From sequence record PV805630.1: 64,000 bases of DNA; one strand, given 5' to 3'. The translations under genes and the position numbers were made by a program. This document shows, in pieces, positions 8,699-19,017 of this stretch. Within the stretch, counting starts at the first letter, position 1. Every line of letters starts with the position of its first letter. The notes under the pieces were generated by a model. That model had not been told where the DNA came from, made no database searches, and saw only the letters and a list, made by a program, of their open reading frames with translations. Origin of the DNA: a phage.

Positions 8699-11263
8699 AT
8701 GTTAGTCGCAGATACCAATCAATCAGCCACTTCAGCGACACTGGGTGGCAAAGAAGCAATCGCCTTTGGCATCTCTGATGACCCGGCATTCTTTCACGTA
8801 TTAAGTACTTCCTTGTATAACAACCCTACACTGGCAGTAGTCCGTGAGACTATCTGTAACAGTTGGGATGCTCATATTGAAGCAGGTAAGACTGATACTC
8901 CTATCCGTATCACTATTGATACTGACAATTTTATTACCTTCCGTGACTTCGGTAACGGTATCCCAGATGAACTCATTGGTTCCATTTATGGTGTCTATGG
9001 GGCATCTACCAAGAAGTCCAACAGTAGTGTTACTGGTGGCTTTGGTTTGGGATGTAAATCCCCATTCGCTTATACAGATAGCTTCCAGGTTACCTCATGG
9101 AACCAAGGAAAGATGTCTGTATATAACGTAGCTAAGGCTGCAATTGAGAATGATGGTAAACCGGGTATTGTTCCTATTGTTACTGGTATTCCTACTGAGG
9201 AATCTGGTCTGGAAGTTAAATTCCAGTTGGGTAAACATGATGTAAATACCTTTGTACATTACATCACATCAATTGTATTTAACGGTGAAATTAAGGCTGA
9301 GCTTAGTATTCCCAAACTTGTTCGTGAAGAAACGGGTAATAGTATTCAGCAGGGTAACTACACTCTACTGAATACTCTAGGTATGTCATTTGAACCTGGT
9401 TCATATGATATGTCTGATAGATGGTATCAAGGCTATATGGGTAACAGTACCATCTTTGTTCGCTACGGTAACGTAATGTACCCAATAGTATCTAGTCCAG
9501 CTAGTGAAGAGGCTGTGGGTCTTATTCTCAACTTCATGAATATCATTGGAGCTGATAATTTAGTAGTTCAGGCTGCACCGGATACACTAGCGATTGCTCC
9601 TAGTCGTGAAACTCTGTCTAACCAGAAGTTAACCGACGATGGCATTACTGCTCTATGTGTAGACTTAGTAGACCGTATGGAGAAAGAGATTAAAGCTAAA
9701 ATTCCTGAAGCTATTAAGCAGATTGAAGAATATGCCTCCCAATCTTCTGCCCGTGACTGGGAATACCCATCTTTCCTTCTTGCTGTTACAGATGAGATTG
9801 TTCGCCGCTATATGTCCTCCAGTTTGTGGGCTAAGCAGCGTAAACATCATGTTAAGCACTGGCGTAATCTATCCAATAAGGCATTACTAGCTCGCCCTGA
9901 ATATGCAGGGCTTAAAAAACTGTATAGTAAGGCTATGCGTGCTCTTAAGTGTACGCGTGAAGATAAAACATACTATCAATTCCAGGATTTAGTATATCGG
10001 CATCTGCACTTACCTCAGCTTGCTGCTTTAAAAGCTACAGGTATTAAGTGGTCTGGTTACATAATGAACCAGGGTAGCAGTGTTGGCCTGGTAACAGGTA
10101 AACTTACTGACTACTTTAAGATGGGCTATAACAGCCATTTGGGTATCGGTATATTCACTACCAAGAACGTTGTAGTTACAAGACGTTTATCTGACTGTGC
10201 AGACTCTTTCTCATACTTCCCAGAGTACATCCAAGGTGACCTGGAGCGAACAGCTTTTGTTCACGTCGTTGGTCCTAAGAAAGGGGAAGCAGAGAAAGCT
10301 GTAGCTAAGTTCACTGCTATGGGTTATCGGGTTATTGACCTTACTCAATATAATGAGTGGGACAGGCCAACTAACTTCCGCAGGGAACAGGCTAAGATAG
10401 CTGCTGAGAAGCGGGCTAAGACAATAGCTGCCAATAAAACCAAAGCAGGTGGTAAAACTAATGCACTGGTTTCATTGAATGCAGTACTTGGTACTTCCCC
10501 TGTACGAGATAAAAATGAAGATTTGGTATCTAAACCACACATTGACAAGGATTTTGCTGACCCAAGATTCCATGAGGAACCTAGATTCGTCGAAGTGGGA
10601 CAGCCTAAGTACTACGTACCAGCCAGTCAGGTTGTTTCTGGTAGACCAGAAACTGCCAAGATTGGAACCATGTGGAAATGGTGGGAGCTGTCAGATGAGA
10701 TGAAAGCAGAAACTGTTGTCTGCCGTAATCAAATCGAAGTTAACAAGGCCAAACGTCGTGGTGCTATTCACATTGACGATATTCGTCTTAATGAATTGAT
10801 GTCTGTTATTACCAGCAAGGGATTCAAGAAGTACGCCACTGAACAACGTAACGGTGTTCTTGAGTATCTTGATTTAAATGACAAAGAATACTGTGAAATC
10901 CTCGACATTCTTGGACTAACATTCAAACCATTACAGAGTCTGGTTCTTAAACCAGAGTACGAATGGGCATGTGACTTCCTAAGAAATCATTCAAGTAACA
11001 AAGATAAACTGGTTGAGATGGGCCTCATTAAGTCAGTAGATGACTTGGAACCATATGTAAGGATGGTTAATCCTCGTATGCATAAGTATTTCAAAGTACT
11101 TAACGAGTACAAAGGGTTATTTAGATATAGCTGGAATGATAATGACATCCTGCAAAGCCTGGATTTGAGTAGATTAATCAAACATCTCAAGAAAAATCCA
11201 GAGGATATTCCTGGGTTTAAGCCCCTCTACCGTAATCGTCTAAATAAACTGAAAGGTAAATAA
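8699..11263 (+). CDS. rIIA: rIIA-like protein with GHKL-type ATPase domain
   Basis: 854 aa; N-terminal GHKL-ATPase-like boxes (RETICNSWDAH, DFGNGIP, GGFGLGCKS). Followed 5 nt later by an rIIB-sized gene, as in T4 and N4. Confidence 0.6.
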   Translation: MLVADTNQSATSATLGGKEAIAFGISDDPAFFHVLSTSLYNNPTLAVVRETICNSWDAHIEAGKTDTPIRITIDTDNFITFRDFGNGIPDELIGSIYGVYGASTKKSNSSVTGGFGLGCKSPFAYTDSFQVTSWNQGKMSVYNVAKAAIENDGKPGIVPIVTGIPTEESGLEVKFQLGKHDVNTFVHYITSIVFNGEIKAELSIPKLVREETGNSIQQGNYTLLNTLGMSFEPGSYDMSDRWYQGYMGNSTIFVRYGNVMYPIVSSPASEEAVGLILNFMNIIGADNLVVQAAPDTLAIAPSRETLSNQKLTDDGITALCVDLVDRMEKEIKAKIPEAIKQIEEYASQSSARDWEYPSFLLAVTDEIVRRYMSSSLWAKQRKHHVKHWRNLSNKALLARPEYAGLKKLYSKAMRALKCTREDKTYYQFQDLVYRHLHLPQLAALKATGIKWSGYIMNQGSSVGLVTGKLTDYFKMGYNSHLGIGIFTTKNVVVTRRLSDCADSFSYFPEYIQGDLERTAFVHVVGPKKGEAEKAVAKFTAMGYRVIDLTQYNEWDRPTNFRREQAKIAAEKRAKTIAANKTKAGGKTNALVSLNAVLGTSPVRDKNEDLVSKPHIDKDFADPRFHEEPRFVEVGQPKYYVPASQVVSGRPETAKIGTMWKWWELSDEMKAETVVCRNQIEVNKAKRRGAIHIDDIRLNELMSVITSKGFKKYATEQRNGVLEYLDLNDKEYCEILDILGLTFKPLQSLVLKPEYEWACDFLRNHSSNKDKLVEMGLIKSVDDLEPYVRMVNPRMHKYFKVLNEYKGLFRYSWNDNDILQSLDLSRLIKHLKKNPEDIPGFKPLYRNRLNKLKGK

Positions 11264-11267
11264 TCTG

Positions 11268-13313
11268 ATGAAAATCGAATTGATTTCTATCATCGCACTG
11301 GCAGTTGACAGTCGAAACCTCACACTGTGGAAGCCAGATGGCTCTACGGTTGTATACCCTCAGAGCGACCCACGGGTTGCTCGTATTGTATCTGAAGCAC
11401 AGACTAAAGGTCTGGGCACTACCCAGGACCAAATAGAAGTAAACATTGCACCAGAAGTAGAGCTACGTACTGAATATCTGGAAGCAGAGAAGAACACCAA
11501 TGGGTTCGTTCGTTTCTTTAAGGTAGCTAAAGCTAAACTCAAAGAGTTCTTCGAAGATGGTACAGGTGTTCAACCAGCCCGTACCGTCTCAGATATTAAG
11601 CTGGGTAATCCTACTAAGACACTGGTATCTAAAGCTATGGATACCTTCCTGGCTATTCAGGCTAATGAACCAGAAGTAACAGTAGCAGATGGTTACTATG
11701 ATAAACGTGACAATCTGATGTGGGTTACTGGTTGGGATAAAGACCATAACCATCTTGCACTGGTTCGTTTTATTAACGACGTACTTTGTTGGAGCCATAA
11801 ACATACTGATCTTACTCTTAGACAAGAATGGCCTATTGCAATTCGTGCAGTATCTGATGATGAAATGGGTGAGTTTGCTAAACAAGCCCAGAACATCAAA
11901 GGTGTACACGTTGTATTTACCAATCGTGGGGAAACACCACTGCCTTACGTGGAAGTAGCTAAAACTACGAACCAGGATAAGCTGGCTGCTGCTTCTGAGA
12001 AACTGGCTGCATTGGGTGCTATCAGCACCGATGATGCTAACTTCCACACTGATGTGAAGGAAGATGAAGTGGTTGTTGCTGTTACCAACAATGGGGTTAT
12101 CCCTGGGGTTGAGAACCTGCAACGTCACCTGCGTCAATCTGCCAAACTGAAAGACTACAAGGGCTTTACTAAGTTCCTTGAGCGTCTGGCTCCGGTTATT
12201 AAAGACCGCCTGCACTCAGTGGAAGACCTGATGAAGTTCATGGAAACTGCTGAACTGCCTATCGCTGATGATGGCTCTATCCTGTTTCTGAAACGCCTTG
12301 AGTTCAGAGGTGAAGAAAATGGTAAACGTGTATTCGTTGACTGTCACTCGGGTAACATCCGTCAGTGGGTAGGCTGTAAAGTACAGGTACGGGAAGACCT
12401 GGTAGACCCAGACCGTCGTCAGGACTGCTCTAATGGTCTGCACGTAGCATCCATGAGTTACATTCGTACCTTCGGTGGTAACGTAACTATCCTTGGTAAA
12501 GTAGCACCAGAAGATGTATTTGCTGTTCCTGAGTACAACACTAATAAGATGCGTGTAGCTGCGTATCACATTATTGCTGAACTACCGGAAGAGGAACGTT
12601 GCAACGTTAACAATGGCATTTATCTGTCTAAAACAGAAGTGGGTAAGAAACTGCTTAATGATGCCATCGTTGGGAACCATAGTTCACCTACCACACTCGT
12701 TATGGTTGGTGGGCATCATGGCACTAACCTCAAATACACCAATCTCTCGTCTGGTTCTGTAGAACAGTTCCGTACAGTTGCTAATAAAGAGGCACTGAAT
12801 ATGGAAGAGTCACTGAATGAAGCTGTAGCTGCTGAACCAGTGAAGGCTACTGACCTTAAACCTATTGTTAATAAGGCTCCTACTGTGAAAGAACAAATCC
12901 AGGAACTGATTAAAGAGTTCCTTAACGCTGCTACTCCAGAAGATAAATTAGCTGCTGCTGATTTACTTGTGGAAATGCGAGGTAAGGCTCGTAAGCCATG
13001 GGCTGCTTTAGGTGTTGGTTCTGATGTGGTGGCTAAGATTGCTGATGTGCGTAGTACTCGCATTCCTGCACCGAAAGCTGTACCAGTGAAGCAAGCTAAG
13101 GTTCATCGCTCGGCTACTGCCACTAAGGTAGCACCGTCAGGTAAACACGCTGATAACCTGCGTAGCATCCTGAACGATACGTCCTACTCTGACTATCAGA
13201 AAGGTCATGCTCTACAAGACTATAAGCGTCATGCCAAGAAGTCATTCACTGCAATGGGTCTGACTGAAGAAGAAGCTAAGTTGGCTACCAAGCTGGTCAA
13301 GGCCGTTAAGTAA
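11268..13313 (+). CDS. rIIB: rIIB-like protein
   Basis: 681-aa ORF immediately downstream of the rIIA-like gene; assignment by synteny and size. Confidence 0.45.
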   Translation: MKIELISIIALAVDSRNLTLWKPDGSTVVYPQSDPRVARIVSEAQTKGLGTTQDQIEVNIAPEVELRTEYLEAEKNTNGFVRFFKVAKAKLKEFFEDGTGVQPARTVSDIKLGNPTKTLVSKAMDTFLAIQANEPEVTVADGYYDKRDNLMWVTGWDKDHNHLALVRFINDVLCWSHKHTDLTLRQEWPIAIRAVSDDEMGEFAKQAQNIKGVHVVFTNRGETPLPYVEVAKTTNQDKLAAASEKLAALGAISTDDANFHTDVKEDEVVVAVTNNGVIPGVENLQRHLRQSAKLKDYKGFTKFLERLAPVIKDRLHSVEDLMKFMETAELPIADDGSILFLKRLEFRGEENGKRVFVDCHSGNIRQWVGCKVQVREDLVDPDRRQDCSNGLHVASMSYIRTFGGNVTILGKVAPEDVFAVPEYNTNKMRVAAYHIIAELPEEERCNVNNGIYLSKTEVGKKLLNDAIVGNHSSPTTLVMVGGHHGTNLKYTNLSSGSVEQFRTVANKEALNMEESLNEAVAAEPVKATDLKPIVNKAPTVKEQIQELIKEFLNAATPEDKLAAADLLVEMRGKARKPWAALGVGSDVVAKIADVRSTRIPAPKAVPVKQAKVHRSATATKVAPSGKHADNLRSILNDTSYSDYQKGHALQDYKRHAKKSFTAMGLTEEEAKLATKLVKAVK

Positions 13314-13375
13314 TAGCCTGTTCAAATGCCCTCACTTATAATAAAGTGAGGGTAAATTTGAAGAGGAAGTGTACT

Positions 13376-13771
13376 ATGAGTTCTGTATACAGAGTTAATC
13401 GCAAAGCAACTGATGAAGACATCATTCGTATGAATGCTGTTGGTCTATCCCTCGCAACTATCGCTAAGACGTTGGGGGTTCACCCCACTACGGTTACTCT
13501 GCGATTGCGTTCTTTAAACATTGAACCAGCCGACACACGTCGGACGTTCATGGAGAATGTACTCCGTCCATTACCAACCCATGTGGTAGATTGGCTATCA
13601 GAGCAAGTTGGTCCTGCTTATGAGATTCGTTCATATGTAAGGGACTTGATTCTGGAGGCATATAATAATCGCCACCTTAACCAAGAGAGTGAGCATGACA
13701 AGTTCATCCGTTTGTACGCTGGAAAACACACGGCAATGGTTTCTAAAAGCCGTACCAAATCCGACGAGTAA
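13376..13771 (+). CDS. Small helix-turn-helix DNA-binding protein
   Basis: Track ORF starts at GTG 13346 inside a terminator-like hairpin; in-frame ATG at 13376 follows AAGAGGAAG. HTH-like segment GLSLATIAKTLGVHPTTVTLRL. Confidence 0.4.
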   Translation: MSSVYRVNRKATDEDIIRMNAVGLSLATIAKTLGVHPTTVTLRLRSLNIEPADTRRTFMENVLRPLPTHVVDWLSEQVGPAYEIRSYVRDLILEAYNNRHLNQESEHDKFIRLYAGKHTAMVSKSRTKSDE

Positions 13772-14156
13772 GAACATTAGTACCCAGATTGGTTGTCATC
13801 TGGAAGAAGTATGTGAAATGTTAGACGAGTTAACTCCTTCCTGCGAAGAAAGTATGCAGGTATTAGCTGAAGCACAATCTGCTTTAGGTAAACTGTCCTT
13901 ACTCATGAAAACAAATCACACAGCTGTTTTCCCAGAAGATGCCAATCGTTTGGCTCTCCTGGACTCACTGGCAGATCAGATCGTTACAGCAACTGGCGTC
14001 GGTACTTTCCTTGGGATGAATGTCCCTGGAGCATTGGCTGAAGTCAATCGCTCAAACTATTCCAAGTTCGAAGATGGGGAACCTATCTTCAACGAGAACA
14101 AGAAAGTCATGAAGGGGAAAGATTATACTCCCCCTGATTTGTCCAGTTTCATTTAA
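13695..14156 (+). CDS. MazG-like nucleotide pyrophosphohydrolase (putative)
   Basis: All-alpha protein with an EExxE...D cluster (HLEEVCEMLDEL) typical of MazG/HisE-like NTP pyrophosphatases. Start uncertain: GTG 13689, ATG 13695 or ATG 13818; overlaps the upstream gene. Confidence 0.35.
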   Translation: MTSSSVCTLENTRQWFLKAVPNPTSKNISTQIGCHLEEVCEMLDELTPSCEESMQVLAEAQSALGKLSLLMKTNHTAVFPEDANRLALLDSLADQIVTATGVGTFLGMNVPGALAEVNRSNYSKFEDGEPIFNENKKVMKGKDYTPPDLSSFI

Positions 14157-14158
14157 TG

Positions 14159-14184
14159 AAAGCCCCATTTGGGGCTTTCTTTCT
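14159..14184 (+). terminator. Terminator-like hairpin upstream of the HNH-AP2 gene
   Basis: Stem aaagcccc / ggggcttt with loop attt, followed by ctttct. Confidence 0.45.
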
Positions 14185-14673
14185 ATGGAGTCATATATGA
14201 ATTGGCACGCTTTATTTGAATACATAGATGGAAAGCTCTATTGGAAAGTTAATCCATCTATGGCAGTGCGTATAGGACACGAAGCAGGGTCCATAAATGG
14301 AGATGGTTACATTCAAGTAGGTTACAAAGGCCATGTTTATCAAGCACACATAATTGTGTGGGAAATGCACAACGGCCCGGTTCCACCAGGAATGGTCATA
14401 GACCATGACGACAGGAACAGAATCAATAATCGAATAGATAATTTGAACTTAGTTACTCAGTTGCAAAACAATAGAAACAAGTCCAAAAGTAAAAGAAACA
14501 CATCTGGTGTTACTGGTGTGTACTGGCACAAACGTGACCAGAGATGGGTAGCATCAATCAGGATAGAAGGTAAGCTGAAACAGTTGGGTCAGACTACCTG
14601 TCTGGAGGAAGCTATTAAATTAAGAAGGGAAGCTGAAATAAAACATGGCTTCCATAAAAACCATGGTAAATAA
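14185..14673 (+). CDS. HNH homing endonuclease with AP2 DNA-binding domain
   Basis: HNH motif (HIIVWEMHNG ... IDHDDRNRINNRIDNLNL) plus AP2-like domain (SGVTGVYWHKRDQRWVASIRIEGKLKQLGQ ... EEAIKLRREAEIKHG). Free-standing between conserved replication genes. Confidence 0.6.
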   Translation: MESYMNWHALFEYIDGKLYWKVNPSMAVRIGHEAGSINGDGYIQVGYKGHVYQAHIIVWEMHNGPVPPGMVIDHDDRNRINNRIDNLNLVTQLQNNRNKSKSKRNTSGVTGVYWHKRDQRWVASIRIEGKLKQLGQTTCLEEAIKLRREAEIKHGFHKNHGK

Positions 14674-14685
14674 CTGGAGATTTAA

Positions 14686-15996
14686 ATGTTTTCCAAACCT
14701 ACCAAAGCCCCATTGAACCAGGGGCAAGAAGCGGTTGCGAAGGAGTTCTTCGACTTCCTGCTCGACCCTAATGCCACAGAGTTCGGAATCAGTGGACCTG
14801 GAGGAACTGGTAAGACATTCCTGATGTCGCACCTCATTGATGACACTATGCCTGCATATATGGAAACCTGTTCTCTGATGGGAACCAAGCCTCTGTATAA
14901 CGAAGTTGTCATGACTGCGACCACGAACAAAGCTGCTGAAGTTCTGGCTCAAGCTACTGGGCGTCCAACGTCTACCTATCATTCCTTCCAGGGACTGATT
15001 GTTAAGAATGACTTTAAGACCGGTGAGGCTAATGTCGTACCGTCTAAGTCATTCACTATTAAGAAGAACAAAATCATCTTCGTAGACGAAGCATCCATGA
15101 TTGACCGTCAGTTACTTAAGTATGCACGTGAAGGCACTCACCAGTGTAAACTGGTATTCGTAGGTGATGCTTCTCAGCTTCTACCTGTTAAAGAGAGTAA
15201 GTCTCCAGTGTATGCTGGCAATATCCCAACACACTATCTGACTGAACAGATGCGTACCGATTCACCAGAACTCAAAGCGTTGCATCAGCAATTGCGTGAT
15301 ACGGTGGAAGGTAAGACAGGCTTCCTGCCTATTAAATGTATTCCAGGCATTATTGACTGGGTGCAAGGGGAAGAGATGGAGAAACTGGTTCTCAGTCACT
15401 TCACTCAACCCACTAATAGTCGTATTGTTGCTTACACCAATGACCAGGTTATTAATTACAATAACTACATTCGTGAAGCTAACGGCTACGTGGGTGAATA
15501 CTCCATTGGAGAACAGCTTGTTTCTAACTCAGCTGTTCGCTTGGGCGTGGATGACCGTCTGTCTATCGAGCAGGACGTAAAACTCATTGACCAAGATAGC
15601 AGTACTCGCATGATTCAAGTCACAGGCGACCTGGAACTAGAAGTCCGTGATAGTACTCTAGACCTTGGTTATGGTGGTATTGTTAGTGAAGTTCCAATTC
15701 CTACTGACCCGGACTACTTCAACCGTTTGGTTAAGTGGTTAGGTAAAGAGAAGAACTGGGAACCTTACTTCCGTCTTAAAGAAACCATTCCAGACCTACG
15801 TGCTACTCATGCATGTACTGTTCATAAATCACAAGGCTCTACTTACGACACAATCTTCATTGATGCAAATGACCTCTCAAGCTGTCGCCAACCTGATATG
15901 GTTGCCCGTCTGCTTTACGTCGCTGTGTCTCGTGCCCGTAAGCGTGTAGTGTTCTATGGCAATCTTGCCAGTAAGTACGGTGGTCTAACTTTCTAA
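14686..15996 (+). CDS. SF1 DNA helicase (Dda/RecD-like)
   Basis: Walker A GPGGTGKTF, Walker B region IIFVDEASMI, and C-terminal VHKSQGSTYDTIFID typical of RecD/Dda-family helicases. Confidence 0.6.
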   Translation: MFSKPTKAPLNQGQEAVAKEFFDFLLDPNATEFGISGPGGTGKTFLMSHLIDDTMPAYMETCSLMGTKPLYNEVVMTATTNKAAEVLAQATGRPTSTYHSFQGLIVKNDFKTGEANVVPSKSFTIKKNKIIFVDEASMIDRQLLKYAREGTHQCKLVFVGDASQLLPVKESKSPVYAGNIPTHYLTEQMRTDSPELKALHQQLRDTVEGKTGFLPIKCIPGIIDWVQGEEMEKLVLSHFTQPTNSRIVAYTNDQVINYNNYIREANGYVGEYSIGEQLVSNSAVRLGVDDRLSIEQDVKLIDQDSSTRMIQVTGDLELEVRDSTLDLGYGGIVSEVPIPTDPDYFNRLVKWLGKEKNWEPYFRLKETIPDLRATHACTVHKSQGSTYDTIFIDANDLSSCRQPDMVARLLYVAVSRARKRVVFYGNLASKYGGLTF

Positions 15997-16006
15997 GGGA
16001 GAGTAT

Positions 16007-16537
16007 ATGCCTCAGATTGGTTCAGCGACTATTGGTCAGGTTGCCAATAGTAGTGAGATAGTCAAACACCTGTTCTTAGCAGAGCTGGTTCGTCTTGATG
16101 GTGTGTTAAACGGCATTATTGATAAGAATGATCGTATCAATGGCGTAGACGTATCGGCGGGATTTCTTCATCAAGGGGAGTTCTATCAGCGTTCTAATGC
16201 TACCAGACCTCCAACCTACGGTGAACGATTAACGCTTAATCCAGAACTATGGCCTGCAATGGACAAGTATCTGAAAGCCTCCAGTCGTCTGATTATGGAA
16301 GTACACCTTGTGAACCAGACTGTATATCGACTGGTTCGTGGTTGTATGTCCTACCAGGATGTACGTGATGCTTTGCCCGAATGTCTGGTAGCACAAGACC
16401 AGACTGGACAGTACAAAGGACTACCGCGTACTCGTGAAGCAGCTTGGACTCTTGCTGGTGATGCTATGGCAATCAAACAGTATGAGAAGATTCTTCCTTC
16501 TATTGAGTATTATGCAGCTTCCCATCTGATTTTCTAA
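16007..16537 (+). CDS. Hypothetical protein
   Basis: 176-aa ORF between the helicase and polymerase genes. Confidence 0.35.
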   Translation: MPQIGSATIGQVANSSEIVKHLFLAELVRLDGVLNGIIDKNDRINGVDVSAGFLHQGEFYQRSNATRPPTYGERLTLNPELWPAMDKYLKASSRLIMEVHLVNQTVYRLVRGCMSYQDVRDALPECLVAQDQTGQYKGLPRTREAAWTLAGDAMAIKQYEKILPSIEYYAASHLIF

Positions 16538-16546
16538 GGTAAAGCT

Positions 16547-18364
16547 ATGCGTTACATCACCTCTCAGGATACTGGCAAGTATCCTATTGCTATCCTCGGT
16601 CATCAAATCCGAAGGGAGGAGATGATTAAAACCTACCTGCTGCCTTATGACCTAAGCATGGAAGATTTCATCTTCCTTGAACTTCATTCTGCCCCTGGCA
16701 AGAAGAAAACTCCTGCAAGGGAGATTAAGGAGTTCATACAGCAGGAACTGCAACAAGTACTGGATGATGCAGAGACTCAATACATTATCTGTACCGATTC
16801 TGACTACTTTAAAATACTGACTAAAGAAGCTAAAGCAGAAGCTAACCTCGGCTATGTTTGTGACTCAGTATGGGGTAAGCAGAAGGTTATCTATACACCT
16901 AGTTACAGACAGGTCTTTTACGACCCACCAGTAGTGAAAGCCAAGATTGCTCAGGGTATGGATGCATTACTTAACCACATTCGTGGGCAGTATGCTGAAC
17001 CAGGACAGGGAATTATTGAGTTTGAAGCCTATCCGGATACACCCGAAAAGATTAAAGCCTGGTTAGACCAGTTGCTTGAGATGAATAAGCCTCTGGCTAT
17101 AGACATCGAATCATTCGGTTTAAAGCACTATAACGCAGGTATAGGAACTATTACGTTCTGTTGGAGTAAGACACAAGGCATAGCCTTTAATGTGGACTAC
17201 GAGCCGATTAAGGGGGCTACTGAAGCCCCTTATGGGCGTATTAACAGGAATGATGTTGTTCGTAACCTGTTACGTGAGTTCTTCATTAAATACACTCAAC
17301 GGCAGATGTATCACAACATTAGCTATGACGTGTACATACTTATCTATCAGTTATTCATGGATAACCTGATTGATACAGAAGGCTTACTGCATGGCATGGA
17401 AATCATGCTACGTAACTGGGACTGTACTAAGTTAATCACCTACCTGGCTACTAACAGTTGTGCCGGTAATCACCTTAGTCTGAAAGATCAGGCTCAGGAG
17501 TATGCTGGTAACTATGCTCAGGATGACATTAAAGACATACGTCTTATTCCTAATGAGCAACTGTTACGCTACAACCTCATTGATGGTTTGTGTACGTGGT
17601 ACACCTACGAGAAGCACTGGGATACTCTCATTGCTGATGACCAACTGGATGTTTACAACAACATCTTTAAACCAGCCTGTGAAGACATTATTCAGATGCA
17701 GTTAACCGGTATGCCCATGAATATGGAAACCGTTAACCAAGTAGCTGAAGAGATGGAAACTGACAGGAATCAGGCTCTGAAAACTATTCGTGAGTCTAAG
17801 CTCATGAAGAACTTCACCCTGATGCTTCGGCAGGAATGGGTAGACGATAAGAATGCTAAGCTTAAGAAGAAGCAGGTAACACTGGCTGATTGTGACATCG
17901 AGTTTAATCCTAATTCAGGGCCACAATTACAGAAACTGTTATTTGATTATATTGGCTTACCGGTCCTTGGTCTTACTAAGAGCAAGCAACCTGCTACTGA
18001 CGGTGACACTATTAAAGCACTGCGTACACATACGCAGAGTGAAGATGTTAAGGAACTGCTCAATGCACTTATCGACTATAAACTCGTGGATAAGATTATC
18101 ACTAGTTTTATACCAGCTTTCAGGAATGCCCAACCGGGGCCGGATGGCTGGCACTATCTGTTCGGAAACCTCAATCTGGGAGGCACAGTCTCCGGTAGGC
18201 TATCGGCTTCAGAGCCAAATCTACAAACAATTCCATCCGGCTCTAAATATGCCAAGAAGATTAAGAAATGCTTCGAAGCCCCACCCAGTTGTTACTTGCC
18301 AAACAGGAATAAGCTGGATACATTAATCCAGTCCCTGAAAAATACAATTGGTGGTGCCGAATGA
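16547..18364 (+). CDS. Family A DNA polymerase, N-terminal part (3'-5' exonuclease, thumb, start of fingers)
   Basis: Exo I-like motif LAIDIESFG; near the C-terminus PNLQTIPSGSKYAKKIKKCFEAP matches the Pol I segment NLQNIP...IRQAFIAP that precedes motif A. The frame then ends after 26 unrelated residues. Confidence 0.65.
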   Translation: MRYITSQDTGKYPIAILGHQIRREEMIKTYLLPYDLSMEDFIFLELHSAPGKKKTPAREIKEFIQQELQQVLDDAETQYIICTDSDYFKILTKEAKAEANLGYVCDSVWGKQKVIYTPSYRQVFYDPPVVKAKIAQGMDALLNHIRGQYAEPGQGIIEFEAYPDTPEKIKAWLDQLLEMNKPLAIDIESFGLKHYNAGIGTITFCWSKTQGIAFNVDYEPIKGATEAPYGRINRNDVVRNLLREFFIKYTQRQMYHNISYDVYILIYQLFMDNLIDTEGLLHGMEIMLRNWDCTKLITYLATNSCAGNHLSLKDQAQEYAGNYAQDDIKDIRLIPNEQLLRYNLIDGLCTWYTYEKHWDTLIADDQLDVYNNIFKPACEDIIQMQLTGMPMNMETVNQVAEEMETDRNQALKTIRESKLMKNFTLMLRQEWVDDKNAKLKKKQVTLADCDIEFNPNSGPQLQKLLFDYIGLPVLGLTKSKQPATDGDTIKALRTHTQSEDVKELLNALIDYKLVDKIITSFIPAFRNAQPGPDGWHYLFGNLNLGGTVSGRLSASEPNLQTIPSGSKYAKKIKKCFEAPPSCYLPNRNKLDTLIQSLKNTIGGAE

Positions 18365-19017
18365 TTGGAAAGAAATTCAATAGATTGACAATAGTAAGAT
18401 TCAGTCACAAAGACAAATACTATGCAAAGCATTGGGAATGTCTTTGTGACTGTGGGAACACTACTATAGTCAATATTCAAAAATTAAAGAGTGGTCATAC
18501 AAGAAGCTGTGGATGTTTACACAAGGAACGCCCGGGCAACTACAAAGATGGGCGTTCCAAGGAACTCCTATATAAGATTTACTACGGTATTCTTGACCGC
18601 TGCCATAATGAAAAGTGTTCCACTTATTACAAATATGGAGCCAAAGGCGTAATTGTTTGCGACGAGTGGAGGAATTCATATGAAACTTTCCGAGAATGGG
18701 CATTATCTTCTGGCTATAAAGTAGGTCTTAGTATTGACAGGATTGATTCTTACAAAGGGTACTCTCCTGACAACTGTAGGTGGGCAGATAGAAGTACCCA
18801 ACAAACTAATAAGAGGGTTTGGAGTACAACTCCTTACGTTAGTTACAGTAAGTCGAAAAATAAATGGGTAGGTAGAATTACCCATTTAGGTAAGAGAGTA
18901 GAAATCCTAGTAGATAAAGATTTAGATGCTGTTATGAATGCGGTTATTGCTTATGTATTAGCAAATAACATGGTTGAACAGGAGAAGGTACTTCGTAATG
19001 CAGGACTTATTAAATAA
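18361..19017 (+). CDS. HNH homing endonuclease inserted within the DNA polymerase gene
   Basis: 218 aa with a Cys-rich N-terminal region (CLCDCGN ... SGHTRSCGC) and an HNH-family C-terminal signature (LSIDRIDSYKGYSPDNCRWADRSTQQTNKR). ATGA overlap with the polymerase N-part stop. Confidence 0.5.
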   Translation: MIGKKFNRLTIVRFSHKDKYYAKHWECLCDCGNTTIVNIQKLKSGHTRSCGCLHKERPGNYKDGRSKELLYKIYYGILDRCHNEKCSTYYKYGAKGVIVCDEWRNSYETFREWALSSGYKVGLSIDRIDSYKGYSPDNCRWADRSTQQTNKRVWSTTPYVSYSKSKNKWVGRITHLGKRVEILVDKDLDAVMNAVIAYVLANNMVEQEKVLRNAGLIK

